Of a DNA stretch of 64,000 bases, positions 42,001 to 50,811 are shown one piece after another. The notes below the pieces were generated by a model, which saw only the letters and a list, made by a program, of their open reading frames with translations, did not search any database and was not told the origin of the DNA. This DNA is from a virus. Its lineage: Duplodnaviria > Caudoviricetes. The number at the start of each line of letters is the position of its first letter. Position 1 is the first letter of the stretch. The stretch lies in the IMG/VR virus record IMGVR_UViG_3300034095_001474, positions 182,796-246,795 of that record; one strand, written 5' to 3'. The translations under genes and the position numbers were made by a program.

Positions 42001-42500
42001 ACTTCCAATTCATACATAGGATATGGTAATTGGAAAAATGTTGTGTATTTATTACCTCTATTGTTTAATATATTTTCTTCATTCTGAAAAACAGCACTAC
42101 CTCTAACGTCAATAAAATTAATTGTAATAAGAGGTGCCATTGATGCGTTGAACTCAATATCAATATTAGTAATACCTAACGCTTCATCATTAACTACATC
42201 ACTATCAAATCTAGTTGTTAAATCAGTATAACTAGTTGTCAACACTTTTTTACCACCTAAATTTGTACCTTCAATGAAATTAACAGATATTTGAGCTACG
42301 TTAGATTTACTACTATCAGTTAATTCACCAGTTAATAATGTTCTACCTTTTCTAAAACTTGTTAAAGCTACAGAGATGTTTAAATCTTCTAATTGAACTG
42401 GTACATTAGAATCTGCGTCAAAACCATCAAAATCGTTTGGGTCAACTATTCTAGCTCTACCAGCTCTACATCCTATTGCATTTTTCTTTTTACTCGCCAT
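36057..42500 (-). CDS. Baseplate hub protein with C-terminal DUF2272 (CHAP-like) and lysozyme-like cell-wall hydrolase domains
   Basis: Hub-like motifs (GITNIDIEFN, IEMMGNAMIQPMMYFQLDNIPMFHGAYMITKVSHSI); PWSAAFIS...SHCDVV...GGNLGDSV; WNAFNTT...GVQNYKTIEDGVDATYKTL. Confidence 0.7.
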   Translation of the reverse strand: MASKKKNAIGCRAGRARIVDPNDFDGFDADSNVPVQLEDLNISVALTSFRKGRTLLTGELTDSSKSNVAQISVNFIEGTNLGGKKVLTTSYTDLTTRFDSDVVNDEALGITNIDIEFNASMAPLITINFIDVRGSAVFQNEENILNNRGNKYTTFFQLPYPMYELEVKGYYGLPVKYCLHMLKFNTKFNSQTGNFEITANFIGYTFALMADMLIGYLKAIPFTAIGKTRMDKYNETISSGVPVLTLSDLSVNISRLNEGIEKVANENPASQEINASTSAIDILDNIKSEIHTLGTVFEPVSSKDDFQYIVYKYASDYTLEQKNAFTNQYIITVKKLIKEYNDLIPPTPLVEAHFTQIESNSNKDGGKKYTEITYGNLKNDDQATNDALGNPSNVQEIKEKLVSYINSKNSDLNNDTNVLNIFDMTLLYETLATAKLSVEVSEKEAKKKLAKAFENEVRDILGFDPTARTIIECFTAAIEVFIETIYQVSSEASASSIRTDELATKFTVDDSKVTDMKNVYIEKKQFFPWPDYREKDAVKNSYIDKYLGAAGVLKKPDDVDELRFIDDLLEAFRKSKKADDAALEEQLINETTWTSVNPIDTIIFQELEPYKRAAGPNNTELLLKEDIVRLMVIRGMIFLGYSNDLFSGVVTDDEIKAMAAAEVDNMLRGITDETSRQSMSLLTIQYLNGITGKIDGDSRKVVNQDTNPYYYDYYYNDEIEQARPRFLPTNFGFHDVFWYKPGASTAEQDKIYRSFRDDDGWLFLTTYADGIPTVDSDYKNDQGGIDVKILTELPKPISIGFAPEGVKTETTMILANLIGDPDAPDSILTLKDAGYNCFNHKYGIQEFETMDWGDDNIKGLPLMYVFYRDCDTGLADTRSASGKDISLKSTVSEYFYKDKSIVTYPLTKPEVFISNGFTLGIPMHTNLGKNRNLFHKILKRGGRADVTYPYIELKYGTPDIELTDWTIENNRQPYTDYSFSLFGSEFYYNQSYATIITKNGTKVSCAENSRAFLFLQAMPFNTPQITDTPGGNPFGKNEIKHLFDMKAGIIHAPKLWCAYIGSILWRMDESDPILNNNNQIIGGGVGKKEYSNGLIEGYVKGDPIVWYIDYSNGNVNKWNSLSNWALGETLFDIPDKDEYFPPFLDYRQGLGQGVFKAFDGPSHPDIGDFDTLKTLPLKVKSEFKKMFFNFVNGEGDKDWRGLAKRLEIFDTNGDLTAGKSFSEYLHSILDKANDKNANIASVEEITTGKIIGNPIQFSVLTENIEKYYDVVIPIYQDKGFFYSNINDFYLHLQLKDGTPVINSLIDALTEEVFIVNNNYKIWMAGSDPSIWAGSSGQWSNPSVSPEKYNLYFDAIIKKLETLADKYNISKQNERIDKEIFNTTNKDVIRLQLYRHCKNVYDKWLGGAKDIDHLVFQCGNGTRSTVDDTLAKKNQNSKTRMIDSFRFVTRSFRDIGNELYINPSNLNEYLIDNPNSSSYDAISSILGANHFNFQALPNFVNFHDDTILESIFKPYNYNDKDIPPNSCGPAFVCVYDGQTSKHLELTEKDGDYPNDGFDLRCMKDPKTGENTDLDVSVPTDFTTDLNSIDEVDETGVVTSGFYEEPVSTFLVRYSQQNQSIFKDIHLDQSEFSETDESLHIQDEISQKGSENNRALVGQNIYNVYAVRSYTAQIEMMGNAMIQPMMYFQLDNIPMFHGAYMITKVSHSIKPNSMSTNFTGTRIRYTETPLIESYEVYMDLIETMDISEAGTGTIGGGGGGEAYVGSNHYIDNFYSILNSNKPSNKTIEGSKIPKPIVITQRGTDELKKWGNGSVKEASGISMLEVYATTTPGISAQSYANNSQPWSAAFISYVMFGGDSEFPKSSLHYTYVKNAMDGGKGYEAFPLKSGLKIKIEVGDLFCQKRSGGFTASHCDVVYKTSSDKAFLVGGNLGDSVKEKEITISSGYLIDSNDVGDYRILVKKTANKYYNGYNLSNQKATGGPSANGSKNIVQTSEAETEEYFKLVLKKLGAPETEGNMIWLKGWRQMEGAEATWNAFNTTEEYAGSTLYNDSEVGVQNYKTIEDGVDATYKTLTNGNYPNIVSNLRKGIVNKSAALTLAIQLQKTCKDLSVWVQGDIGCKTKGGLSSNAYLAQCLKASKVSGNPIYKPS

Positions 42501-42810
42501 ATAATAATTTATGATTTCTTATTTCTGCCATATATCTAGCAACCGCATTATCAAACGGATACGGTATTCTTATTGCTGTCATATCTGGTATATTAAATTC
42601 TAACCCACCAAATTGTGGGTTTGCCAACATAATTAACCATCCACTCCATGCATTATTATAATACATATTACTGATTTTGTCAAGTCTACCAACACCTTGT
42701 TTGTAAACATAACTTAAATCAGAATCAGATTCTGGTATTAATATTCCTGGAATTGGTTTCATTCCAGCGTTAACTCTAAACTGTGAGTATCTATCTACGT
42801 ATCCAGCCAT
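42490..42810 (-). CDS. LysM-like baseplate protein (T4 gp53 / tail protein X-like)
   Basis: GRLDKISNMYY...WLIMLANP...IRIP pattern. Confidence 0.75.
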   Translation of the reverse strand: MAGYVDRYSQFRVNAGMKPIPGILIPESDSDLSYVYKQGVGRLDKISNMYYNNAWSGWLIMLANPQFGGLEFNIPDMTAIRIPYPFDNAVARYMAEIRNHKLLYGE

Positions 42811-42847
42811 AATTTTTTATTTTTTTTTTTATTTTAATTATTATTTA

Positions 42848-45800
42848 TTAAAAACATTTTTTGAATGAAGTATTACTACTAAGACCTTCACTTACACCAA
42901 TTGTAACACTAATTGATTGAATCTTTTGATTATCATAGTACATACTTATTGTGTAGTTACCAGAATCTATTAAATCAATAGCAAAAGAACCATTACTTGG
43001 TATTGTACCTAAAGCATACCCAAGATTAAATAAATTCCATGGGTCTTTAAATCCAGTTCCCCATTTTACAATTTCTTCATATCTAGAAGCATTTGATGGA
43101 TTTGGTGTTCCTTCAATAACAAATTTTAAACCCTTTTCTAATAATTTTTTTAGTTCATCATCAGTTATTATTCGTGTCGTAACACCTTGTGATACTGTTT
43201 CAATATTTTCTTGTTTAAGTCTAATTGAAACCATTCTTTGTAACGCATTACCATAAACATTGAAAGTTTCAACACACCCAAAACCAGTTATTTTAGGTTC
43301 ACCAGTTGTTCCACTAGTTGTTGCACTAGTTGGTGTTGTTTGAACACTAGCTGGTTTTTCATTAGACTTAACTTGGTCTACATCACAACTAGATTTTCTA
43401 GATTCTTCTTTTCTACTTGTAATTATTTCTGGGTCTTGTGCTGTTGATTCTTTGCCATTATTAAGTAATAAACCCATACCATTAATTGTTTGGTATATAG
43501 TTCCATCTTCATTAAAAGCTGATATATAATCAGCTCTAGCATCATAAACTTGTGTGTTAGCGTAATAGTTAAACGATAACGCATTTTGTAATTTATTTAT
43601 AGGACCAGTTAGTGATTCAGCACCAATAAATTTGAAAGATAAACTAACGTTAGCAATCATAGGTTGAACACCAATACCTTCTGGGTTTAAATCCCAAACC
43701 AAAGGTTCATAATCAATATTAATACTATCAATAATTATTTTAGTGTGATAAAAATCACCTACTCTCAAAATACAAACTGGAGGCCTACCAAAAGCTAAGT
43801 TATTAGTCGTATGGTTATCAGTAGGTCCTTGTCTAGTACATTGTTGTAAAAATGTTAATCTAGAGTTGAAACCTTCTGGTGTAGTTGAGTGGAAAGCTGG
43901 ATGAAAATATTTAATTTTATCTCTAAATTTATCAAAAATAAAACTATCAATCTTTTTCATTTTATTAAAAAACATAGTTTCATTATAAAATTTTTGAGTA
44001 ATTTTCTCACTTACCCTATCATTTATTGATACAATACAGTCTTCTGGTTGAGCAACTTCTGCCAACGCAGCATCTGCATCATACTCAAAAGTTATTGATG
44101 CGTATCTATCCATTTTACACCCCATAGTATCAACTGGACATGCAACTTTTCTTTCTGCTTTTGAAATACCTCCAGCTTCACCTTTTTCTAATCTAGGACA
44201 AACCTTGCAACCATTAAGTGATATTTTACCTTTAACTGTTTTATCTTTACCGTTATACACGTAATCAATAACAAGTGGGTTGAACGTTTGTAACTCAACA
44301 CTTTTTTTCAAATCTGATTTGAATCTTTTATCTATTTGAGGTTGGGTTAACCCTAATGGTTTGGCTACATTTTTTATTAATAAATCTAAAACATAAGTTG
44401 CTCTATCTTTAGCTAATTTACCATTAGGTGTGTCATCACCTTGGTCACTGGCATATCCAATAACTTTAACATTACAATGTTTACATTTTTCTTTTAAATA
44501 AGTAACCAAAGCAGAATAATAATCTGGACTAAAGAACCCTTCAAATGATTCATCACCAACTTTTGACGCTGTAAGACTACCGTTACTATATGCCGCTCCA
44601 TTATAATTTAAACCCCAATTAGTATCATCTGGCCAATAAGAAGTAGACGTATACTTACCTTTATATGGTCCTACACCATAACCTTTACCTTGATATACTG
44701 GACCACCAATATTAGCGGCACCATAGAATTCACCATAATTGATATCGTTACCACCAGCACCTTTTCCATTTTCATATTCAGAAAATTTAACACCATCTAA
44801 ATCAGCAAATGTAGCATTATCATTAGGAAAATAAACATTCATATTATCTGGTACCACTTCTGGTGCTGGAACTTTCTTTTTTTGTGGTACATTTTCAATT
44901 CTAGGTACAACTTTAGATATTTGTTGAACAGTAAATTTATCAGTCCAAACACTATCTGGTTCAATACAACCAGCCATAAATGAAGCAACGTAATTATCAT
45001 CTGGTCCATTTTCACCTCTAAAAGTATTTGTATATGTTGAATGGTCGACAATAATTTTAAATGAAAGGTTACCACTTCTTTCTGTATTGTTATAAGTATA
45101 CATGTTTTCACCTCTACCTATAAATTTATGTGATTCCCAATCAACACTAGTTGATTCACTAATTTGTATATCATATGGTGGAAACCACATAATTCTACCT
45201 TGTTTACCAGTTATTGGGTCACCTAAACCCAACTCACCTTTTGGTAACTTTTCTTTTCTATCATGCCATGCTAAATTTTCAATAGAAAGCATGTAGTTTT
45301 TAGCATTTTTAGGTATTTGACCATTTAAATCTGGATTATTAAAATCTTCATTATATGGTGCAATATGAACATAACCAGTATCTTCCAATACGGAATTTTC
45401 AGTATTTCGTCTAAAAGGTACTTTACCATCATCTTGTGAATATAAACCAGTACCATTATCTGTACCATTTCTAATTAAATTAGTAACATAATCATATCTA
45501 TTTTTAGTAGTCCAACTACGACAATAAACAAATTCTGGGTCTAAATCTTTTGGTGTATATCTACCATCTGTATCGTACATTATCTCACTTAAAACAGCAC
45601 TACCTTTTGAAATACCACCACCATTTGCTGTTGATGTTTGAGTTGATGTTTCACCCATTAAACCTTCTCTAGTTACTATAGTTCTCATACCATTACTGTT
45701 GAATAGTTTTTGAGTTTTTGTTAAAATGTTTTTCTTTTTACCATTGAATGGTTTATATGAACCATCACCATAAAAATCAGTATTAGGTATACCACCTTTT

Positions 45801-47284
45801 TCTGAAGCCCAAGAAAATTTAACATCGTTTACACCACTACCTTGTATTTGCTCATAACTATCACTACCATCACTAATAAAATCTGGAAAATCTATTTCTA
45901 CACTTGATTTATCGTAATTTAATACTGGAATAGTTTCATCACCTTTTCCAGTTGAATCTCTTCTACTAAATACATTTATAACACTACCTTTGAAATCTGA
46001 AAATGCATATATTTCTCCCTTAATCAAGTCTTTATTATCTTTACCTTTGTTATTCTTATAAGCTGGTGCATAACCACTTCTGAACGTACTTGCACTATAA
46101 TTAGGACTATCAACACCACTTGATGATGTTCCGATTAAACTAGCATTAACATTTGCAATCAATGCTTGTATTTGACCTTTACCAGTTGTTAACAATAAAG
46201 AATTTGCTCTTTCTACGTTTCCAACCTCACCACTTTCTGATTGAAAGATAGAACCATCATCAGTAACATAACTTCTAGGTATAGTAAAACCTAATAATTT
46301 ACTAGTATAATCAGCAACTCTACCCAAAGGTCCTCCAGGAATTGTAATATTATAATTAGGTCTTGGGAATCCAGCAAAACCTTGTCCTTTAACCAAACTT
46401 AAAATATTATCTTGGACATTCAATGCACCTAAAATATCTTGTTGCAAATTGAATGCAGCATTGTTAGCCAAAGCCAATGCTAATTGTTGACCACCAATCA
46501 TTCCTAATTTAGTGTCTTTTATCAATCCAGCAGCACCCAATACTCTACCAGCCAATGAAGACCTAACATCAAAGTTTGGAACAAGTGCAGTCTTACCACC
46601 AGCTTTAGCTATACCTAACCCTTGACCACTAGTAATACTTCCTATAATATTTAAGTTCATAGCAGCAGTATTGTCACCACCTAAATTTAAACTACCATAT
46701 TCGTTTAGATATCCATCTATTTGTCCGTTTAGATAAGGAACACCATAACCTCCAAAATCAGTATTTATATAATCAGAAGCATCTTTAACCTCTTTAGCAA
46801 CTGAATATAAATTTTTAGATAAATTATCTTGTTTAAATTTAGCATTTACAGTTTTACCATATATACCATATTTTTTAACATCTTCAATAGGCATATTAGG
46901 ATAAACATCAGCAGACGTTGGAAACATAGCATCACCCCATGATGCATAAGGTACAGCTGGAATCAAATTAATAGACATTAAATCATTAGCACTAATACTA
47001 ATGTTTTTAAACGTGTTTCCTAACACGTTTTGTATTTTCCATAAAACACCTTCAGTTTCTAATGGTAAGCCATTAGGAACGACAACAGAACCAACACCAA
47101 CCATTGTGTCTAATATTGGTTCACCAATATTAACACTTGGTGAATTACCAAGTGCTGTTAGATACTGACCAGTTGGCACTAGATTTTTTAATAATAAAAA
47201 ATCACGAAGACCGTATAAAACAGTAATGTCGTTTATTGTGTTCTTCGTTGTCGGAGTTGGTGGTGCTGTATTATAATATGCCAT
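42848..47284 (-). CDS. Tail-tube initiator/baseplate protein (gp48/54-like) with an inserted OmpA-C-like domain
   Basis: WFPPYDIQISES...FIGRGENMYTYNNTERSGNLSF and FGRPPVCILRVGDFYHTKIII blocks flank VYFPND...VKVIGYASDQG...NGKLAKDRATYV...DRYASI. Confidence 0.6.
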   Translation of the reverse strand: MAYYNTAPPTPTTKNTINDITVLYGLRDFLLLKNLVPTGQYLTALGNSPSVNIGEPILDTMVGVGSVVVPNGLPLETEGVLWKIQNVLGNTFKNISISANDLMSINLIPAVPYASWGDAMFPTSADVYPNMPIEDVKKYGIYGKTVNAKFKQDNLSKNLYSVAKEVKDASDYINTDFGGYGVPYLNGQIDGYLNEYGSLNLGGDNTAAMNLNIIGSITSGQGLGIAKAGGKTALVPNFDVRSSLAGRVLGAAGLIKDTKLGMIGGQQLALALANNAAFNLQQDILGALNVQDNILSLVKGQGFAGFPRPNYNITIPGGPLGRVADYTSKLLGFTIPRSYVTDDGSIFQSESGEVGNVERANSLLLTTGKGQIQALIANVNASLIGTSSSGVDSPNYSASTFRSGYAPAYKNNKGKDNKDLIKGEIYAFSDFKGSVINVFSRRDSTGKGDETIPVLNYDKSSVEIDFPDFISDGSDSYEQIQGSGVNDVKFSWASEKGGIPNTDFYGDGSYKPFNGKKKNILTKTQKLFNSNGMRTIVTREGLMGETSTQTSTANGGGISKGSAVLSEIMYDTDGRYTPKDLDPEFVYCRSWTTKNRYDYVTNLIRNGTDNGTGLYSQDDGKVPFRRNTENSVLEDTGYVHIAPYNEDFNNPDLNGQIPKNAKNYMLSIENLAWHDRKEKLPKGELGLGDPITGKQGRIMWFPPYDIQISESTSVDWESHKFIGRGENMYTYNNTERSGNLSFKIIVDHSTYTNTFRGENGPDDNYVASFMAGCIEPDSVWTDKFTVQQISKVVPRIENVPQKKKVPAPEVVPDNMNVYFPNDNATFADLDGVKFSEYENGKGAGGNDINYGEFYGAANIGGPVYQGKGYGVGPYKGKYTSTSYWPDDTNWGLNYNGAAYSNGSLTASKVGDESFEGFFSPDYYSALVTYLKEKCKHCNVKVIGYASDQGDDTPNGKLAKDRATYVLDLLIKNVAKPLGLTQPQIDKRFKSDLKKSVELQTFNPLVIDYVYNGKDKTVKGKISLNGCKVCPRLEKGEAGGISKAERKVACPVDTMGCKMDRYASITFEYDADAALAEVAQPEDCIVSINDRVSEKITQKFYNETMFFNKMKKIDSFIFDKFRDKIKYFHPAFHSTTPEGFNSRLTFLQQCTRQGPTDNHTTNNLAFGRPPVCILRVGDFYHTKIIIDSINIDYEPLVWDLNPEGIGVQPMIANVSLSFKFIGAESLTGPINKLQNALSFNYYANTQVYDARADYISAFNEDGTIYQTINGMGLLLNNGKESTAQDPEIITSRKEESRKSSCDVDQVKSNEKPASVQTTPTSATTSGTTGEPKITGFGCVETFNVYGNALQRMVSIRLKQENIETVSQGVTTRIITDDELKKLLEKGLKFVIEGTPNPSNASRYEEIVKWGTGFKDPWNLFNLGYALGTIPSNGSFAIDLIDSGNYTISMYYDNQKIQSISVTIGVSEGLSSNTSFKKCF

Positions 47285-47301
47285 ATCTTAGTTAATTTAT
47301 A

Positions 47302-47309
47302 TATAAATA
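47302..47309 (-). promoter_or_regulatory. TATTTATA putative late-promoter motif
   Basis: 17 nt upstream of the ATG at 47284, downstream of a terminator. Confidence 0.55.
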
Positions 47310-47363
47310 CTATAATAACAAACTTTTTATCAAAATAAATGATTAACTAAATCTATATAAAAT

Positions 47364-47390
47364 AAAAAGGTACCCAATTTGAGTACCTTT
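47364..47390 (-). terminator. Intrinsic terminator after the UVR gene
   Basis: Arms aaggtac / gtacctt followed by a T-tract on the minus strand. Confidence 0.65.
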
Positions 47391-47413
47391 AATTTTTTAA
47401 TTTTAATAATTAC

Positions 47414-47902
47414 TTATTTAGATTCTAATTTTTTAATTGAATCTCTTAATTCAATAGCCTTTTCAAAGTTTTGAGTTGATATCGCTTCTTCTAATTTAAA
47501 GTTTAATTTAACCAATGTTTCAGAAACATTCTCATAGTTTTTGATTAAATCTCTATACTTAACAGCTTCTTCAAATTTTTGAGTTGATATAGCTTCATCT
47601 AAAGCATTTTTTAATTGTTGTAACTCTGTAGGTGTTTCAACGTTATTAGTTGATGTAGAAGTCCAATTATTATCAAATTGAGTTGATGTAACATAAGATG
47701 AAGTTGAATATGAACCATCATTAGATGTGAAAGTAGTTTTATACCAATTTGTTCCATCTTCGTTTTTACCAGTTTCAGTTTTAGTTTCACCTAATCCAGG
47801 AGTTAAATTATTTGTGATTTTATTGTAAAAAGATTCAAATAAATCTTTATCTGAATAAAAATGTTTAAATAAATTTGATAAATTACTTTTTTTAAAAGAC
47901 AT
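47414..47902 (-). CDS. Protein with two tandem UVR (UvrB/UvrC, ClpC M-domain-like) coiled-coil motifs
   Basis: LDEAISTQKFEEAVKYRDLIK and LEEAISTQNFEKAIELRDSIK both match the UVR consensus. Confidence 0.75.
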   Translation of the reverse strand: MSFKKSNLSNLFKHFYSDKDLFESFYNKITNNLTPGLGETKTETGKNEDGTNWYKTTFTSNDGSYSTSSYVTSTQFDNNWTSTSTNNVETPTELQQLKNALDEAISTQKFEEAVKYRDLIKNYENVSETLVKLNFKLEEAISTQNFEKAIELRDSIKKLESK

Positions 47903-47922
47903 AGTTATAGTTTTTTTATTTT

Positions 47923-47958
47923 ATTTATATATTATTATTAATTTATATATTATTATTA
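47923..47958. repeat. Exact 18-nt tandem repeat (ATTTATATATTATTATTA x2) in a pure A/T leader
   Basis: Copies at 47923-47940 and 47941-47958. Confidence 0.8.
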
Positions 47959-47987
47959 ATAATTAAATATATATTATTTATATAATG

Positions 47988-48019
47988 CAAATATACAGTT
48001 TAAATATTAAAAAAGCAAC
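47988..48019 (-). promoter_or_regulatory. Bacteroidota-type promoter for the UVR gene
   Basis: GTTG-N20-TATATTTG; the -33 element has one mismatch. Confidence 0.6.
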
Positions 48020-48084
48020 ATTTTAGTATAAATTTTTAACTTATTTTTAAATTATTTTTTAAATTATTGATTATCAATAAGTTA

Positions 48085-50805
48085 TTAACCTCTAGGTTTA
48101 CCCATTCCTACCATTTTAACAGCTTCTTCTTTAACTATTCTATTAAGTTCTCGTCTAAGTGGTTGATTATCCTTCATGATGTTAACGTCAAAATTTCCTC
48201 CTGGGGTTTCAACTTTAATTATTCCAGATATATCCATCTTACCAAATTCATGTTTAACTGTTTTATGTCCTTTATTCTCACCACCTTTCATTGCTTGGTC
48301 AATAGGACCTCCAGGTTTAGCAGTATAAAAACCATCTTTATTATCAATAGGTGTTATTTTACCACCTTGAAGAACACCGTTACCCTTAGAGAAGTCATTT
48401 CCTAATTTATTATTTTTACCTTTACTTCCCATTGATACTTGAAATGATTTATTTAAACTTTTACTCAACGTACCACTAAATCCAGCATCATGTACTGGTT
48501 TATTAAACAAACCATCATGAACTCCTCTTCTGTTTTCATCACCATAGATAGCATCACCACCAGCTTCACCCAAGGCACCTCCACCCCAAGCACCTAAAGC
48601 AGCACCAATAAGACCACCAATAATAGTACCTACAACTGGAACAGCACTACCAATAGCAGCACCAGCAGCAGCACCACCCCATGCACCTAAACCAGCACCA
48701 GCACCTTTAGATACAGTTCTTCCAGTATTTTCATTACTAGACATACCCATCGCACTATTCTCACTCCATTCATCCCATGCAGCTAAACCACCAGATAAAA
48801 CACCAGCACCAATTCCACCAACACTACTCAAACCACCTTTAAAATTACCAATCATTCCTTTTCCAGTTTGAGCAGCAGCACCAGTTGCTTTTTGGTTAAA
48901 TAATTTTTTACCAAATTTATCCAATATTCCATCAACTTTGTCAATATCATTGTTTCCAACTCCAGGAGTTTTATTACCAATACTAGCAACTTTATTGAAT
49001 CCACTAGCCAACGACATACCGTTTTTAAACCATTTGATTGTATCATAAACACCACCGAATAATTTCATAACCCCACCAATCAGTGGTAAAGCTTTCGTCA
49101 ACGCTAAAATACCTATAGATAATTTTGGCCATTCTAAAATAAAACTACCAATTGTACCAGCAAAATTACCAACAACTGTAGCTAATGCCTCTAATTTATC
49201 TCCCCAACCACCTTTGGCGTTGAATTTTGCAACAAAACTATCTAATTTAGGCATCATTTTATTGATACCAGTCAACATAGGTAATAAATAAATTTTTAAT
49301 TGGTCAATAAAATAACTCAATTGTTCGTCAAAAGTCCTGGATTGTTCAGCTCTTTTTCGCATATCTTCTTGCTGTGCTATTTGAGCTTTAATCAAAGTTT
49401 TATCAGCTTCAGTCAATGATTTAACCAACCTTTCTTTTCCATCAATCATAATCGTTGCTTCACCTTTTTTATTAAGGAATGATTTACTTGATATAAATTC
49501 TTTTAATTCTTTACCTTCTTTTCCATTACCAACACTAAAATTAATTTGAGATTCAATCTTTTCAAATTTCTTAGCGTTTTTACCCATAGTTACTAAATCA
49601 TCATAAGCTATTCCAGTTTGTTCAGCTATAATTTTCAATCTATGCATACCTTCAGTTGACATATCAAATTCACCAGTTTCTTTATTGAATTTAACACTTT
49701 CTTTAGAGGCATTTGCAATTTCTTCAGTCAACCCTTTCATGTCATTACGAGCCATATACATCAAATGGAAAGGGTCTGACATTTTAGACCATTCACCACC
49801 CATAACATTTAATTGAGCTGACATTTCAACAGCACCTTCAACATTCCATAGTTTATCAGCAAAAGCACTAGTTGATTCCATATCAACACCTAACTTGGTA
49901 ACCAATTGAGCCATTTCAGCTAAACTTTTAACACCATTTTTAAAATGATATTTATTTAACATTTTAAAGTTACCAGCTAAATTTTTCATTACTTTTGTAG
50001 CATTCACCCCCATTTTATGAGAACTCTCCAATGTCTGATTAACAAATTGACCAGTACGTTCAGCTGAAAGACCAACAACATCCATATCCGCAGCCATTTG
50101 AGCTGTACCTTCAGCACCTAACCCAGTAACTATCGACATTTCTGCCATAGCATTTAAACCTTTCTCACTCAACAATACTGTTCTACCTATATTGTAACTA
50201 TATTCTTCTTGTAATTTAGCAACTTTAGCTAAATTAACACCAATCATAGTAGTTTGTTTCGCAACGTTTGTAATGGTAGTTCGCATACCACCACTTTCTT
50301 TAGATAAAACACCCATAGATAAAGCTGTCTGTTTCATAGCTTTATCCATTTCGAATATACCAAACCCTTTTAATTGACCAAATGAACTTTTGATTAATCC
50401 TGGTAATTTAGCAGTTGCTTTAACCATAGAAGCAGTAGCTTTCCCCAATGCCATAGCACCAACGTTAGCTTCTTTAGCTGCTGATTTATATAAACCAATT
50501 TGTGTACCTATTATTGCATTTTGTTTTTTTAGGTATTCTAATTTAGCCTCTTCAGCTGCTAATTCTTCATCTGTAAGATTAAGAGTTTTAGCTTTTGCAG
50601 CTGCAATTTTCTTTTCAATTTCTTCTTGTAATTTAGTAGTTCTATTAAGCGTTTCTTGAAGTACTTTAGCTTCTTTAGCAGCTTTGATATATTCATCATA
50701 ACTACTATTCATACGTTCTCTTAATTTAGCTTCTTGTTCTAGAAGTCTAATTGATTCTCTAGCTGCTTCTGCTGCTTTTTCAGCATCTGATTTTTGTTTA
50801 GCCAT
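48085..50805 (-). CDS. Tail tape measure protein
   Basis: 906 aa, helical and Ala/Lys/Gln-rich, with a C-terminal glycine-zipper hydrophobic segment; lies downstream of tube and chaperone. Confidence 0.75.
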   Translation of the reverse strand: MAKQKSDAEKAAEAARESIRLLEQEAKLRERMNSSYDEYIKAAKEAKVLQETLNRTTKLQEEIEKKIAAAKAKTLNLTDEELAAEEAKLEYLKKQNAIIGTQIGLYKSAAKEANVGAMALGKATASMVKATAKLPGLIKSSFGQLKGFGIFEMDKAMKQTALSMGVLSKESGGMRTTITNVAKQTTMIGVNLAKVAKLQEEYSYNIGRTVLLSEKGLNAMAEMSIVTGLGAEGTAQMAADMDVVGLSAERTGQFVNQTLESSHKMGVNATKVMKNLAGNFKMLNKYHFKNGVKSLAEMAQLVTKLGVDMESTSAFADKLWNVEGAVEMSAQLNVMGGEWSKMSDPFHLMYMARNDMKGLTEEIANASKESVKFNKETGEFDMSTEGMHRLKIIAEQTGIAYDDLVTMGKNAKKFEKIESQINFSVGNGKEGKELKEFISSKSFLNKKGEATIMIDGKERLVKSLTEADKTLIKAQIAQQEDMRKRAEQSRTFDEQLSYFIDQLKIYLLPMLTGINKMMPKLDSFVAKFNAKGGWGDKLEALATVVGNFAGTIGSFILEWPKLSIGILALTKALPLIGGVMKLFGGVYDTIKWFKNGMSLASGFNKVASIGNKTPGVGNNDIDKVDGILDKFGKKLFNQKATGAAAQTGKGMIGNFKGGLSSVGGIGAGVLSGGLAAWDEWSENSAMGMSSNENTGRTVSKGAGAGLGAWGGAAAGAAIGSAVPVVGTIIGGLIGAALGAWGGGALGEAGGDAIYGDENRRGVHDGLFNKPVHDAGFSGTLSKSLNKSFQVSMGSKGKNNKLGNDFSKGNGVLQGGKITPIDNKDGFYTAKPGGPIDQAMKGGENKGHKTVKHEFGKMDISGIIKVETPGGNFDVNIMKDNQPLRRELNRIVKEEAVKMVGMGKPRG

Positions 50806-50811
50806 AATTTA

